This document shows, piece after piece, positions 18,397 to 28,115 of a stretch of DNA of 64,000 bases; positions within the stretch are counted from its first letter, which is position 1, and each line of letters begins with the position of its first letter. Where the stretch lies: the IMG/VR virus record IMGVR_UViG_3300020046_005360; one strand, written 5' to 3'. The DNA is from a virus (lineage: Duplodnaviria; Caudoviricetes). The position numbers and the translations under genes are program-made. The notes beneath the pieces were generated by a model, which was not told the origin of the DNA, ran no database searches, and saw only the letters and a program-made list of their open reading frames with translations.

Positions 18397-18957
18397 TTAT
18401 TTATCTTTTAATTTTTCAAGGTGATCTAAATCTTGTGATGTTCCAGCAAAGTTAACTAATTCAAACCAAGATATAAGTTGGTCATCTGATAATTTAGTAT
18501 CAGGATATTCATAAACAACATTAAATAATAATGAATAATCAATAACTCTATATTGAGCCATATCATCTAAGTCATTATAAAAATATTCTACCCCATCGAC
18601 TAATAATCCAAATTCTCCTTTATAAAATTCTTCAATAGTTTTTAAACGTTGCTTACCATCAATAATTTTATAAGTTGTAACTCTATCTTTATGTGATAAT
18701 GAGTCATCTTGGTACACAACTATTGCAAAGTTTGGAATTTGAAGTTCTTTCATTAATGAAACAATTAGTGAACGTTTTTGTTCAATTGTCCACACAAAAT
18801 CTCTTTGAAGATTTTTACCATTTGATAATTTAATATCATAATCTATAACATATCTATATTTTGGATCAAAAAGCCTTCTGGCAGAATGACTTGTAGCAGA
18901 TTGTATGTTAAGTTTATATTTTGGTTCAAATGCTTTAGTTGATAATTTGTTTTTCAT
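18397..18957 (-). CDS. DUF262 (ParB/Srx-like, GmrSD N-terminal) domain protein
   Basis: LQRDFVWT, IIDGKQRLKTI, FELVN motifs. Confidence 0.8.
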   Translation of the reverse strand: MKNKLSTKAFEPKYKLNIQSATSHSARRLFDPKYRYVIDYDIKLSNGKNLQRDFVWTIEQKRSLIVSLMKELQIPNFAIVVYQDDSLSHKDRVTTYKIIDGKQRLKTIEEFYKGEFGLLVDGVEYFYNDLDDMAQYRVIDYSLLFNVVYEYPDTKLSDDQLISWFELVNFAGTSQDLDHLEKLKDK

Positions 18958-18959
18958 AA

Positions 18960-19865
18960 CTATTTATTATTTATAATTCTTGAACAAAGACCTAGAAAAC
19001 ATATTTGTTTATCTGGACTAGTAGTACTTTGGAATGCGCTTTCTGCAATATACCAAGGATCAATTGAATTATTTGACCAATCATCTAAACGTTCCGATAG
19101 AAGTACGTATAATTCTGTATAGTCACGAAGTTGAAGATCAATTACTATTTTTCTTATTTTATTTAGATTTTTTGATTTAAGGTATCCAATTAATTCATCA
19201 CTTACTTTGCTTATATTTGAAGATGAATCAGTAACAATCAATTCGCCTGATTTAGAAAATGATTGTAATTTGATTAATGTTTGACGATTATCAGGATAGC
19301 AAATATTTACCACTTTAGCTATGTCTTTTAAATCGTATTTTATTTGTTCTTGTTCAAGAATATCTTTACATTTTTTAGCTAGTTCTTGTTTTGTAGGAGG
19401 GTGTAATTCATATCTCTCTAATCTAGATTGAATCGGTTCCAACATTCTTTCGAAATAGTTACAAGTAAATATAAAACGAGTATTTAATGAAAATGTTTCA
19501 ATTGTATTACGTAATGCGGATTGAGCATTTGCTGTAAGGAAATCTGCTTCATCTAATATAATAATTTTAACAGGTTTAAATGATGCAGATGAAGCAAATG
19601 AATTTACTTTTTCACGAATAGTTTCGATACCATTTTCACTTGATGCATTTATATACAGAGAATCGCAATCAATACAGTTTACTATCAACTTAGCACTCGT
19701 AGTTTTACCACAACCAGCTTTACCACTAAGAATTATATTGGGTATTGTTCCTTCTTGTATCCACCTTTCTAAATCTTTTCTATAATTTTCATTACCTATA
19801 TAGCCATCCAGAGTGTTAGGACGATAACGTTCAGTCCAGAGATAATGCATTGGGTTCATTTCCAT
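18960..19865 (-). CDS. clamp loader large subunit (RFC/T4 gp44-like AAA+)
   Basis: [27 protein letters not shown]. Confidence 0.9.
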   Translation of the reverse strand: MEMNPMHYLWTERYRPNTLDGYIGNENYRKDLERWIQEGTIPNIILSGKAGCGKTTSAKLIVNCIDCDSLYINASSENGIETIREKVNSFASSASFKPVKIIILDEADFLTANAQSALRNTIETFSLNTRFIFTCNYFERMLEPIQSRLERYELHPPTKQELAKKCKDILEQEQIKYDLKDIAKVVNICYPDNRQTLIKLQSFSKSGELIVTDSSSNISKVSDELIGYLKSKNLNKIRKIVIDLQLRDYTELYVLLSERLDDWSNNSIDPWYIAESAFQSTTSPDKQICFLGLCSRIINNK

Positions 19866-20115
19866 AATCTAATTTATCTTTTTTAATATCACGATTTACT
19901 TTACTACATAATGGTTGAAGGTTTGTGTAATGATTTAATCTTATTACATCTTCAATACTTTTAGCTTCACTAATAGGTATTTTATGATCAATATCCCAAT
20001 CAAAATTTAATTCGCCATTATATTTACCTTTATTATCCCAAGTCATCCAAGGTTCAAATTTATTCTCTAAATATACGAAGAATTCTTCAAAAGTACAACC
20101 TAATATTTCATAAGT
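19831..20115 (-). pseudogene. N-terminally truncated HNH homing endonuclease
   Basis: Open frame RTYEILGCTFEEF...FEPWMTWDN...WDIDHKIP...LNHYTNLQPLC; the Zn-finger half is missing. Confidence 0.75.
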
Positions 20116-20116
20116 T

Positions 20117-20407
20117 CTACAATTCTTTTGAAGTAAGTAATCTATGATATCTTTGACCTTCGTAACCTTTTAAATAGTTATTAAAGTAATCAGCAAAGTC
20201 TTCTTTATTGTTGAATTTTTTATGTTCATAATAAAAACCTTGCCAAGTCAATCCAACTATAAAAGATAATCTTTTTTCTTGTATAAATTCCCAATTCTTA
20301 TTATTAATAGTTCCATTTTGGATACTACCATCAGAATTACAATCCATTTGAATAATAAATTTACCCGTAAAATTTTGTACTTCTTCTGGTGTTATTTGCA
20401 TTTTCAT
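20117..20407 (-). CDS. hypothetical protein
   Basis: 96 aa ORF with its own promoter motif at 20434-20464. Confidence 0.65.
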   Translation of the reverse strand: MKMQITPEEVQNFTGKFIIQMDCNSDGSIQNGTINNKNWEFIQEKRLSFIVGLTWQGFYYEHKKFNNKEDFADYFNNYLKGYEGQRYHRLLTSKEL

Positions 20408-20462
20408 AACTTATTTATTTTAAATTTATATTATGAATATACGAACTTTTTTCGAGAAAAAC

Positions 20463-20482
20463 AAACCCTCTTTCGAGGGTTT
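20463..20482 (-). terminator. intrinsic terminator after groEL
   Basis: AAACCCTC-GAAA-GAGGGTTT followed by a U-rich tract. Confidence 0.75.
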
Positions 20483-20488
20483 TAATTT

Positions 20489-22198
20489 TTAAAATTGAGC
20501 TTCTTGTTCTTTTCTATCTTCTCTACGTTCGTATACTAGGTTGTTTGTAGTAAGGATAGTACTTGCTACTGATGCTGCATTAATCAATGCACCTTTAGTA
20601 ACTTTCATTGGATCTAAAATACCTTCTTCCTTCATATTAACAATTAACTCTGATTTAAGATTATATCCAAACCAAGGGTCATATATTTTAGTATGGTTAG
20701 ATTTTTCTAAATTTGGTTTGGTCCAAAATTTTAACGTTTCTAATCGAGTTTTACTTCTATTATATCTATTTATTCCTACTAATTTATCATACAATTCCTG
20801 TATCCTATTTATATTATACCCAGCATTTTCCAAAATTCTTTGGAAGGGGGCTGCACAAGCATCCATAATAATTTCCTGTCCTAATTTAATGTCCTTATCT
20901 TCAGATAATTCTATATTATTAAGTGCATATAATAATGCTACTCCTCCTCCAGGTAAAATACCTTCTTCCAAGGCTGATTTGGTAGCGAATAATGCATCTT
21001 CTACTCTATCTTTCTTTTCATCAATCTCTAGTTCAGAATTACCTCCAACTGAAATAATAGCTACTCCACCAATTAATCTGCCTAGACGTTCTTGTAGTTT
21101 TTCTTTTTCAAACATTGATTGACTTGAGTCAATTTGTTTTTTCAACTCTTCAGAACGTTTTTCGATGTCTTCTTGAGTACAATCACCGTCAACAATGGTA
21201 GTTTTGTCTTTAGAAACATTTACTGTACGTGCAGAACCTAAGAATTTAACAAATTGTGCTTCAGTTAATTTATCTAACTTAAATCCCTTTTCTGGGGAAA
21301 TTACCTCACCACCAACAATAATAGCTAGATCTTCCAACACTTGAGTTCTTCTATCACCATAATCAGGTGCTTTAACAGCCACTGAATTGACAATTCCTCT
21401 CATTTTATTTACAATAAGAGTAGATAGGGCTTCTCCTTCAATATCTTCTGCAATAATAAGCAATGGTTTGTTTTCAAGATTAGCTTTGTTCATTACCCCA
21501 ACAATATCAGATGCTGCTGTAATTCTACCATTATAAATTAATATTAATGGTTTTTCCAAAGTAGTAGTCATAGTATCGTTATTTGTAACGAAGTATGGTG
21601 ATTTATATCCTCTATCAAATTGCATACCTTCCACAACTTCTAATGAAGTTTCTCCAGATTTTGATTTTTCAATAGATACAATACCTTCTCTACCAACTTT
21701 CCCTATAGCAGCAGCAATCAACTCTCCAATTTCAGGATCGTTATTACCAGAAATAGTAGCAACCTCTTTAATTTGAGAATCTTCGGTAATATCCACCTTA
21801 ATTTCATTAAGATAAGTAATTACTTGTTTTACAGCATCATCAATACCTTTCTTTACTTGTACTACATTAGAACCTGCTTCTAGAGCTTTAAAACCTTCTT
21901 CAATAATAGAAGTAGCTAATAGTGTTGAAGTAGTTGTTCCATCTCCATTTTCGATGGCAGATTTAATTGCAACTTCTTTAACCATTTGAGCTCCATAGTT
22001 TTCGATTTCATTTTCTAATTCATGAAATGATTTAGCTACAGAAACTCCATCTTTAGTTGCTCTTCTTTTTCCATATTGATCTTGAATTAATACACTACGT
22101 CCAAAAGGTCCTAATGTATCCGAGACAGCAGAATTTAGTTTTTTAACACCTGCTATAATTCCTTCTTTTAATTCTTTTCCGCTTGATACGTTTGTCAT
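20489..22198 (-). CDS. groEL: chaperonin GroEL
   Basis: [40 protein letters not shown]. Confidence 0.95.
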   Translation of the reverse strand: MTNVSSGKELKEGIIAGVKKLNSAVSDTLGPFGRSVLIQDQYGKRRATKDGVSVAKSFHELENEIENYGAQMVKEVAIKSAIENGDGTTTSTLLATSIIEEGFKALEAGSNVVQVKKGIDDAVKQVITYLNEIKVDITEDSQIKEVATISGNNDPEIGELIAAAIGKVGREGIVSIEKSKSGETSLEVVEGMQFDRGYKSPYFVTNNDTMTTTLEKPLILIYNGRITAASDIVGVMNKANLENKPLLIIAEDIEGEALSTLIVNKMRGIVNSVAVKAPDYGDRRTQVLEDLAIIVGGEVISPEKGFKLDKLTEAQFVKFLGSARTVNVSKDKTTIVDGDCTQEDIEKRSEELKKQIDSSQSMFEKEKLQERLGRLIGGVAIISVGGNSELEIDEKKDRVEDALFATKSALEEGILPGGGVALLYALNNIELSEDKDIKLGQEIIMDACAAPFQRILENAGYNINRIQELYDKLVGINRYNRSKTRLETLKFWTKPNLEKSNHTKIYDPWFGYNLKSELIVNMKEEGILDPMKVTKGALINAASVASTILTTNNLVYERREDRKEQEAQF

Positions 22199-22208
22199 AT
22201 ATTTGTTT

Positions 22209-22508
22209 TTATTCTTCTATAATTGCTGCTGGTAAGTCTGTTATTCCACAAATAATGAAATCTTCTCCATCAATTTTTTGTTTTGTACTTCCCATAGGTG
22301 GTATTAATACAGTATCTCCGACTTTAAATTTACAGGGAGCTTCTTTTCCTAGATTAAAATTATATATAGGAGTTATAGCTATAATAACACCCTGTAATAA
22401 TTTGGTATTCTCCAAATCTGGTACCACGATGTTTCCATATACTTTTTCACCTTCTTCGATAGGTTTAATTATTGTTTGTCCGTAATTTGGTACTAGCCTT
22501 TTTGCCAT
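22209..22508 (-). CDS. groES: co-chaperonin GroES
   Basis: 99 aa directly upstream of groEL; GNIVVPD mobile loop, KVGDTVL. Confidence 0.8.
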   Translation of the reverse strand: MAKRLVPNYGQTIIKPIEEGEKVYGNIVVPDLENTKLLQGVIIAITPIYNFNLGKEAPCKFKVGDTVLIPPMGSTKQKIDGEDFIICGITDLPAAIIEE

Positions 22509-22834
22509 TATGAAATTTGTTTTAGTTTTGTATTTAAATTATTTACTGCGTCTTTATATTCGTCTATATATTGTCTGAATGAGTAAACTTGGTTAGGTCT
22601 AAGCATTTTTTCATTTACTTGTCTTTTCATCACTGAATTAATAGCTGATTCTAATGAGGTGTAGAATCCACATTCTTTATCTTTACTTGGCTTGTTTTCT
22701 TTCATTAATGTGAAACAATCCTTACTAAGTTTGATATAGAAATCACCCAATAATGGATCTCTAATTATTGAATTTTCATCACCTTTTGGTTTAGATGGTC
22801 TACCTTTACTTCTTTTTACAGCTAATTCTTCCAT
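22508..22834 (-). CDS. hypothetical protein
   Basis: 108 aa, AT-hook-like KGRPSK. Confidence 0.7.
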   Translation of the reverse strand: MEELAVKRSKGRPSKPKGDENSIIRDPLLGDFYIKLSKDCFTLMKENKPSKDKECGFYTSLESAINSVMKRQVNEKMLRPNQVYSFRQYIDEYKDAVNNLNTKLKQIS

Positions 22835-22839
22835 AATCT

Positions 22840-23046
22840 TTATTTTAATTGTTTTTGTAAATGTTCTATTAATAATTTAATTCCTTCTTGATCTAAAAAC
22901 ATACTATAACTTTCATTATACTCATTGAAAGTAATCTCAACATCATCCCCACTATCTCTACTATAAACATCCAAACTTTTATTCTTACCCCATCTTAATA
23001 TAAGATTAGTATAAGTTGTATCAGGGTATAATATTTCATGACTCAT
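22840..23046 (-). CDS. hypothetical protein
   Basis: 68 aa ORF. Confidence 0.6.
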   Translation of the reverse strand: MSHEILYPDTTYTNLILRWGKNKSLDVYSRDSGDDVEITFNEYNESYSMFLDQEGIKLLIEHLQKQLK

Positions 23047-23049
23047 AAT

Positions 23050-23772
23050 TTACTGTTTTAATGGAACAATCCAATATTGAACTTCTATTTCATCTTCCTT
23101 TGTTATTAAAGATATTACACCCATCGGATAAACATACATTTTTATATCTGAATCCTTATTGTTTGATATAATCTCTCTAAAATTAGCTACATTATATGTA
23201 AAAACAGGAATTTCATTATATATTTCTGTTGGTTGATTAAATGTAATTTTATTTGCATATCTTTCTTTTAAACCAATAGTGAATTTAAGGTTGTTAATCT
23301 TAAGTTTATCAATTTCATTTTTAATTGTGAATGTTTCAACTTTCATTAGGGCATTATGAGCCTTGATAAACCTAGTTATAAATTCTTGATCTATAGTCAA
23401 TACTATTGATGGATCAGGCATTTGATTAGATAATTTACCTTCACTAATAAGACCTAAATCACCAAGATTATAAGATAAATCAAATTGATTATCTTTTATA
23501 TCAAGTTTCATTGCTTTACCATCTTTTTCTATAACCTCTAATTCAATAGGATCATTTGTGATAGATACTAGTTTATATAATTGAGTTAAATCATATATCC
23601 CTAATTCAGAATCAACTAATTCGAATGGAGACTTAACTTTAATGATACAATCTTTTAAAGTAACAGATGCATCGATATTCAACTCATTGTCCTTAATTTT
23701 AAGTCTAATTTGTTCTGTAAGTCCACCAAGATGTACTTTTTCAATAATACTTATTAAGTGTTTTTTATTCAT
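23050..23772 (-). CDS. sliding clamp (T4 gp45/PCNA-like)
   Basis: 240 aa, LGIYDLTQLYKLVS and C-terminal VQYWIV; replication context. Confidence 0.7.
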   Translation of the reverse strand: MNKKHLISIIEKVHLGGLTEQIRLKIKDNELNIDASVTLKDCIIKVKSPFELVDSELGIYDLTQLYKLVSITNDPIELEVIEKDGKAMKLDIKDNQFDLSYNLGDLGLISEGKLSNQMPDPSIVLTIDQEFITRFIKAHNALMKVETFTIKNEIDKLKINNLKFTIGLKERYANKITFNQPTEIYNEIPVFTYNVANFREIISNNKDSDIKMYVYPMGVISLITKEDEIEVQYWIVPLKQ

Positions 23773-23826
23773 AAAATTGTTTTTGGACGAAATGAATTAG
23801 GATCATATACGATCCTAAGATTTTCT

Positions 23827-23955
23827 TTATATTTTTTTATTATGTTCTTCAATAATATCCCAAATATTTATTCCTTTTATCCAACCATCATTATCATCCA
23901 CTAGTAATTCTATATTACGTCGAGATTGTATTTTATTTGGATTATTTATTTTCAT
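23827..23955 (-). CDS. micro-protein, MKINNPN family (not in ORF track)
   Basis: 42 aa MKINNPNKIQSRRNIELLVDD...; ATGA overlap with 23952..24167. Confidence 0.55.
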   Translation of the reverse strand: MKINNPNKIQSRRNIELLVDDNDGWIKGINIWDIIEEHNKKI

Positions 23956-24167
23956 CTAATATATCTAAAATTAGCACAATTAGGATAATCTGTTCTAAGT
24001 ACTACTTCAAATTTATAATCAGGAGAGAATTTATGTTCTTCAGGTTTTAATCCATATCCAGGATAACTATATTTAAATTTGTTTAATAAACAAATAATAT
24101 AATCATAATCATTTTGGTTATTTACCATAAATGGTAATGATGGTCTATTTGGATTATTAATTTTCAT
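23952..24167 (-). CDS. small protein, MKINNPN family
   Basis: MKINNPNRPSLPF; similar to 30960..31148. Confidence 0.7.
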   Translation of the reverse strand: MKINNPNRPSLPFMVNNQNDYDYIICLLNKFKYSYPGYGLKPEEHKFSPDYKFEVVLRTDYPNCANFRYIR

Positions 24168-24223
24168 AACTTAAATCTTGTATAGTAAATATATGATTTT
24201 CTAAATTAATATCCAAATTTATT

Positions 24224-24970
24224 TTAAAAACTTAATCTATTTCTTTTAATTTCTCGGTTTACTTTACTACAAAGAGGTTGGAAATTAGTATAATGATTTA
24301 ATCTTATTATTTCTTCCTCATTACATGCACTACTTGAAGGGGTAATATGGTCTAGGTCCCAATTTTTATTGAATTCGAGAATTCCATCTTTTGGGTCTCC
24401 TTTATTTTCCCAATTCATCCAAGGTTCGAATAAGGACTCGATATAAATTTTAAATTCTTCAAAAGTACAACCAAGTATTTCTTCGGTTCGTTTAGATTTA
24501 TAATAATCATCTCCTAAAATAGATTTTAAACTTCTCCAAATATTATATCTAATAGACTTTGTTAATTTATATTGTGGGTTTATTTTTACTTTATTATTCT
24601 CATAATCTCTTTTATTTTTCTTAACTCGTTCAGGATTACGTATATTCCATAATATACTGCGTAATTTAGCAGGTTCAGGATCATCTATATATCTCTGTTT
24701 ATTATTTTTATTTATAGTATGTTTATTTTCATTATAATAATTTCCACGATAATCGGGATTATTGTCATACCATCTATTTACTCTATCGTTATGTTCTTCT
24801 TTATTATCTAAATAATATTGAGCCCAATATTCAGATGTTTGACCCTTTCTTGAGTCTCTATACGATTTATTACAATTTTTACATTTGGTGTTATAACCAT
24901 CACCTCTAGTTTTGTCTTTTGAAAATTGATTTAAATCTTTAGTTACTTTACATAAAATACATTCTTTCAT
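24224..24970 (-). CDS. HNH-family homing endonuclease
   Basis: CILC...CKNC; WDLDHITP...LNHYTNFQPLC. Confidence 0.85.
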   Translation of the reverse strand: MKECILCKVTKDLNQFSKDKTRGDGYNTKCKNCNKSYRDSRKGQTSEYWAQYYLDNKEEHNDRVNRWYDNNPDYRGNYYNENKHTINKNNKQRYIDDPEPAKLRSILWNIRNPERVKKNKRDYENNKVKINPQYKLTKSIRYNIWRSLKSILGDDYYKSKRTEEILGCTFEEFKIYIESLFEPWMNWENKGDPKDGILEFNKNWDLDHITPSSSACNEEEIIRLNHYTNFQPLCSKVNREIKRNRLSF

Positions 24971-24972
24971 TA

Positions 24973-25878
24973 CTATGAGAAATTAAAATAATCCGCAATA
25001 TACGAATTAAATATTGGGGATCCCCATCTTAAATCGGAATATATTTTTTCTATTTTATTATACAAAATAGAAGTAAATAGTTTATCTTTATCAATGTATT
25101 CTTCTACTAAATCTAATATGAAATCAGGATCATTAGTCCCTTTAACTGCTATTAAATCTATTTTTAATGGATTTTTCTTAAGATAAATTAAATATATTTT
25201 ATCCCCCAGTTGGATTTGAGGATACTCTTGATCTAATTTTTTAAATTTAATTAAATCATTATAAACTATGGATCCCCTACTATTCATAGGACATTTTTTA
25301 GCTAAACTAGAGAATATTTTTCCTGAAGGGGGAGGGGCTGATATATATTCCCCTATTTTCTTAACTCCAGAAGGTTTACATATATCTAACCATGGAGCTC
25401 CGTTTATAGAGTCCCTAAATTCAATAAGGAACTTATCAACTTCCGATTTAGAAGTAGAAAATAATATCTTTTTAATAATTTCAGAACCAAAACTACCAAA
25501 AAACTTAGGATAATTACTTTTTACTATATCTAAACCCATTACTACTAATTTTTCGATAGGCATACCTTCTTTATCTACTAAGAATTGAGCATAACGACGT
25601 TTTCCTGACCAATATGCTGATTGTAATATAAATTCGGGCTTTAAATCAAAATAATGGTCATCAGAATTTAATATACTTTTTGCTATAATACTTTGATAGT
25701 CATTAAGAATAGGTCTTAATTCTGTCTGTAGTGCTTTAGCTTTAGGTAAAGTATCCGGTACAGAAGTTAAATCCAAATCAGGATATAATTTTTTTAAAAT
25801 AGGTTCAAAACATATAAAGGCACTATCTGTATCAGATGCAACGATATGTTTGTTTATTTTTTGTATATCAAAATTCAT
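24973..25878 (-). CDS. DNA polymerase B, C-terminal subunit (motif C, thumb)
   Basis: ASDTDSAF, KRRYA, MGLDIVKS. Confidence 0.9.
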   Translation of the reverse strand: MNFDIQKINKHIVASDTDSAFICFEPILKKLYPDLDLTSVPDTLPKAKALQTELRPILNDYQSIIAKSILNSDDHYFDLKPEFILQSAYWSGKRRYAQFLVDKEGMPIEKLVVMGLDIVKSNYPKFFGSFGSEIIKKILFSTSKSEVDKFLIEFRDSINGAPWLDICKPSGVKKIGEYISAPPPSGKIFSSLAKKCPMNSRGSIVYNDLIKFKKLDQEYPQIQLGDKIYLIYLKKNPLKIDLIAVKGTNDPDFILDLVEEYIDKDKLFTSILYNKIEKIYSDLRWGSPIFNSYIADYFNFS

Positions 25879-26237
25879 TATATTAATTTAAGTGCTTCAA
25901 CTAATCCTACTTCTAACGCTTCTTCATACGTTCTATAAAAACATTCTGTTGTTTTATTATGGGTCCTATGAAAAATAGTTACTGAATAAGTATTCCAACC
26001 TAACTCGTCATCATAGTAATTACATTCTACTTGAACTATAATTTTATTAACTTCTCTTAAATGTTTTTGTAATAATGATTGAGTTATTTGAAAATACCAT
26101 GGTTGATATTCTCTAGGATTATAATTAGAATTAAGATTTTTAGGATTTTCGTTATCAATAGTTAAATATGGTATTAAATCAAACCCTTTTTCTTTAGCTA
26201 AACGTGCTGTCTCAAAACTTATTAATTGCTCTTGCAT
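25878..26237 (-). CDS. hypothetical protein, ARLAKEKGFD family
   Basis: ISFETARLAKEKGFD...TYEEALEVGLVEALKLI. Confidence 0.75.
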   Translation of the reverse strand: MQEQLISFETARLAKEKGFDLIPYLTIDNENPKNLNSNYNPREYQPWYFQITQSLLQKHLREVNKIIVQVECNYYDDELGWNTYSVTIFHRTHNKTTECFYRTYEEALEVGLVEALKLI

Positions 26238-26581
26238 AATTCTAGATTTAATGGATTATTCCAATAATTAGGTAATCCGTATTTTTTAATATTTTTACCA
26301 CCTTCCCAATTAACTCCCATTGAGTTAGGGTCTTGATATTTTGTAATAATACCCTTTAATTCAGTACCTGAATATACGACCTCTTTATGATATAACTCGT
26401 TACAATTAATACATTTTATTGAAGTCATTTTTAATTTAAGTCCTTCATTACTATACCAATTTCCATTACATAAATGAACTTTAGACACGTAAGTTCGTTC
26501 TAAGTTATTGTCTAATAGGAATAAATTAGTATCGTTAAAATAACTATTTTCTCTATATTTTAGTAAGGTTTTCAGACTCAT
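26222..26581 (-). CDS. hypothetical protein
   Basis: 119 aa ORF. Confidence 0.6.
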   Translation of the reverse strand: MSLKTLLKYRENSYFNDTNLFLLDNNLERTYVSKVHLCNGNWYSNEGLKLKMTSIKCINCNELYHKEVVYSGTELKGIITKYQDPNSMGVNWEGGKNIKKYGLPNYWNNPLNLELCKSN

Positions 26582-26754
26582 AAATATTTATCCATTTTTG
26601 AATTATTTGGGATTAAATACCAAAAATCTTCCATACTATCCCTTTTAGTTATCACCCAATATAAAGGGTATAAACATAATGAAATTAAAAATAATATAAT
26701 AAATATTGGTAATACGACCCCTCTATAAAATACTCCTAATATAAATTTTTTCAT
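26578..26754 (-). CDS. small membrane protein (not in ORF track)
   Basis: 58 aa MKKFILGVFYRGVVLPIFIILFLISLCLY..., ATGA-coupled on both sides. Confidence 0.5.
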   Translation of the reverse strand: MKKFILGVFYRGVVLPIFIILFLISLCLYPLYWVITKRDSMEDFWYLIPNNSKMDKYL

Positions 26755-27437
26755 TTGATATAATCTTTATATGCGATGAAATCATCATCTTTCCCAGGTT
26801 CGTCATCATCTCCAAGTCCTAAACTTTTAAGATGTTCTCTCATATGTTCATCCATATCCCATTCAACTATTCCTGTTCCTGTTTGTGGAATATGAGACTC
26901 AATGTCTTTAATTTGTTTTTTAGTGAAAACATCACCAACTGTTAAATAATAACAATTATAACAAACTAACTCTAGGTTATTTCCTCTCCAATTTCTTCTA
27001 TTTCCATCTTTGAAACTAAGGAGTAATGGAACTTTATAATCTAATATTCGAGCTTCATTAAATCCACACCTTACACATTTTTCTTCCAAAATGGCATCAA
27101 TAATCAGTCGTTCTTTGAAAGTGTTTATATCATAATTATCTATTGTAGTAATTTCACCACTTAAAATCATTCTAAGTTCACCTTTAGGTGCTCTTACATA
27201 TTGACTATATTGATTTTTTTTCTTTTTACCTTGTAAAAATTTAGGAATACCTTTACCACATTGATTTTTATGTTTTTCATATAGAGTTTTACCGGTCTCA
27301 GGGTCAAAATACAACTTAGCATAAATCATATAAGTCCAATAACTTATATTAAGGTATCGGGCTGCGGCCTTATTTGACTTAGTGACAGCCATTGCTCTAA
27401 GTATGTCTTGCTCACTCTGTGGTTTAGCTACTGGCAT
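26751..27437 (-). CDS. HTH plus degenerate HNH domain protein
   Basis: SNKAAARYLNIS HTH; CVRC...FKDGNRRNWRGNNLELVCYNC (HNH-like, catalytic His absent). Confidence 0.7.
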   Translation of the reverse strand: MPVAKPQSEQDILRAMAVTKSNKAAARYLNISYWTYMIYAKLYFDPETGKTLYEKHKNQCGKGIPKFLQGKKKKNQYSQYVRAPKGELRMILSGEITTIDNYDINTFKERLIIDAILEEKCVRCGFNEARILDYKVPLLLSFKDGNRRNWRGNNLELVCYNCYYLTVGDVFTKKQIKDIESHIPQTGTGIVEWDMDEHMREHLKSLGLGDDDEPGKDDDFIAYKDYIK

Positions 27438-27697
27438 TATTTCTTAATTTGTTCAAACCAATCCTTAAAGGATGGTTTATCATTATTCGGGTTTTCACCA
27501 TGTAAGTTTAATCTATAATCTAAAAATTCATCAAAATAACCCCTTTTATCAGATATAAAAAGAGTAGATATTTCATCTAATGTATAACTTCTTTCAGCCT
27601 GCCATTTAACACCTGCTATAAAACCTAATTCATATCCATACATTTGATTTGGAGTTGTCTTTCTATATCGTTTAGCGGCTTTTTCTAATTCTTTCAT
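27437..27697 (-). CDS. hypothetical protein
   Basis: GFIAGVKWQAERSY motif. Confidence 0.7.
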   Translation of the reverse strand: MKELEKAAKRYRKTTPNQMYGYELGFIAGVKWQAERSYTLDEISTLFISDKRGYFDEFLDYRLNLHGENPNNDKPSFKDWFEQIKK

Positions 27698-27699
27698 AA

Positions 27700-28068
27700 C
27701 TATTTTTGTTTTACTATTTCGATTAATTTACGGAGACATGATAATTCTGCTTCTTCATAAGTTTTCCATTGTTGGTTTGGATTATTATTTTCCCAATCTA
27801 TTTCAGAATAAATAATATAATCATACCAAGAAGTTTCTGTTGTTTTTCCACCTTTAAAAATTGGATAACCTATTATATGGTATTTTTCTCTAAACCATCT
27901 AAAAGCTTGTTGATAAAGAGGAGATGAAATATAGTCTTTATTAAAATTAACTAGTTGTAAATTTCTTCTTATACTACCTTGCTTGTTAAAGTATGTAAAA
28001 CATTGTTCATCAAAACCTAATTCTTTAAGTGCTAGTGCTTCTTTGTAAGGTATAAATTCTTTTTCCAT
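27700..28068 (-). CDS. hypothetical protein, ALALKELGFD family
   Basis: Close paralog of 4586..5059. Confidence 0.8.
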   Translation of the reverse strand: MEKEFIPYKEALALKELGFDEQCFTYFNKQGSIRRNLQLVNFNKDYISSPLYQQAFRWFREKYHIIGYPIFKGGKTTETSWYDYIIYSEIDWENNNPNQQWKTYEEAELSCLRKLIEIVKQK

Positions 28069-28083
28069 AACTTTCTTATTTGA

Positions 28084-28115
28084 GTAAATATACGAATTTT
28101 ATTTTAGGAATCCAA
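28084..28115 (-). promoter_or_regulatory. early/middle promoter
   Basis: TTGG...TTCGTATATTTAC. Confidence 0.7.
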
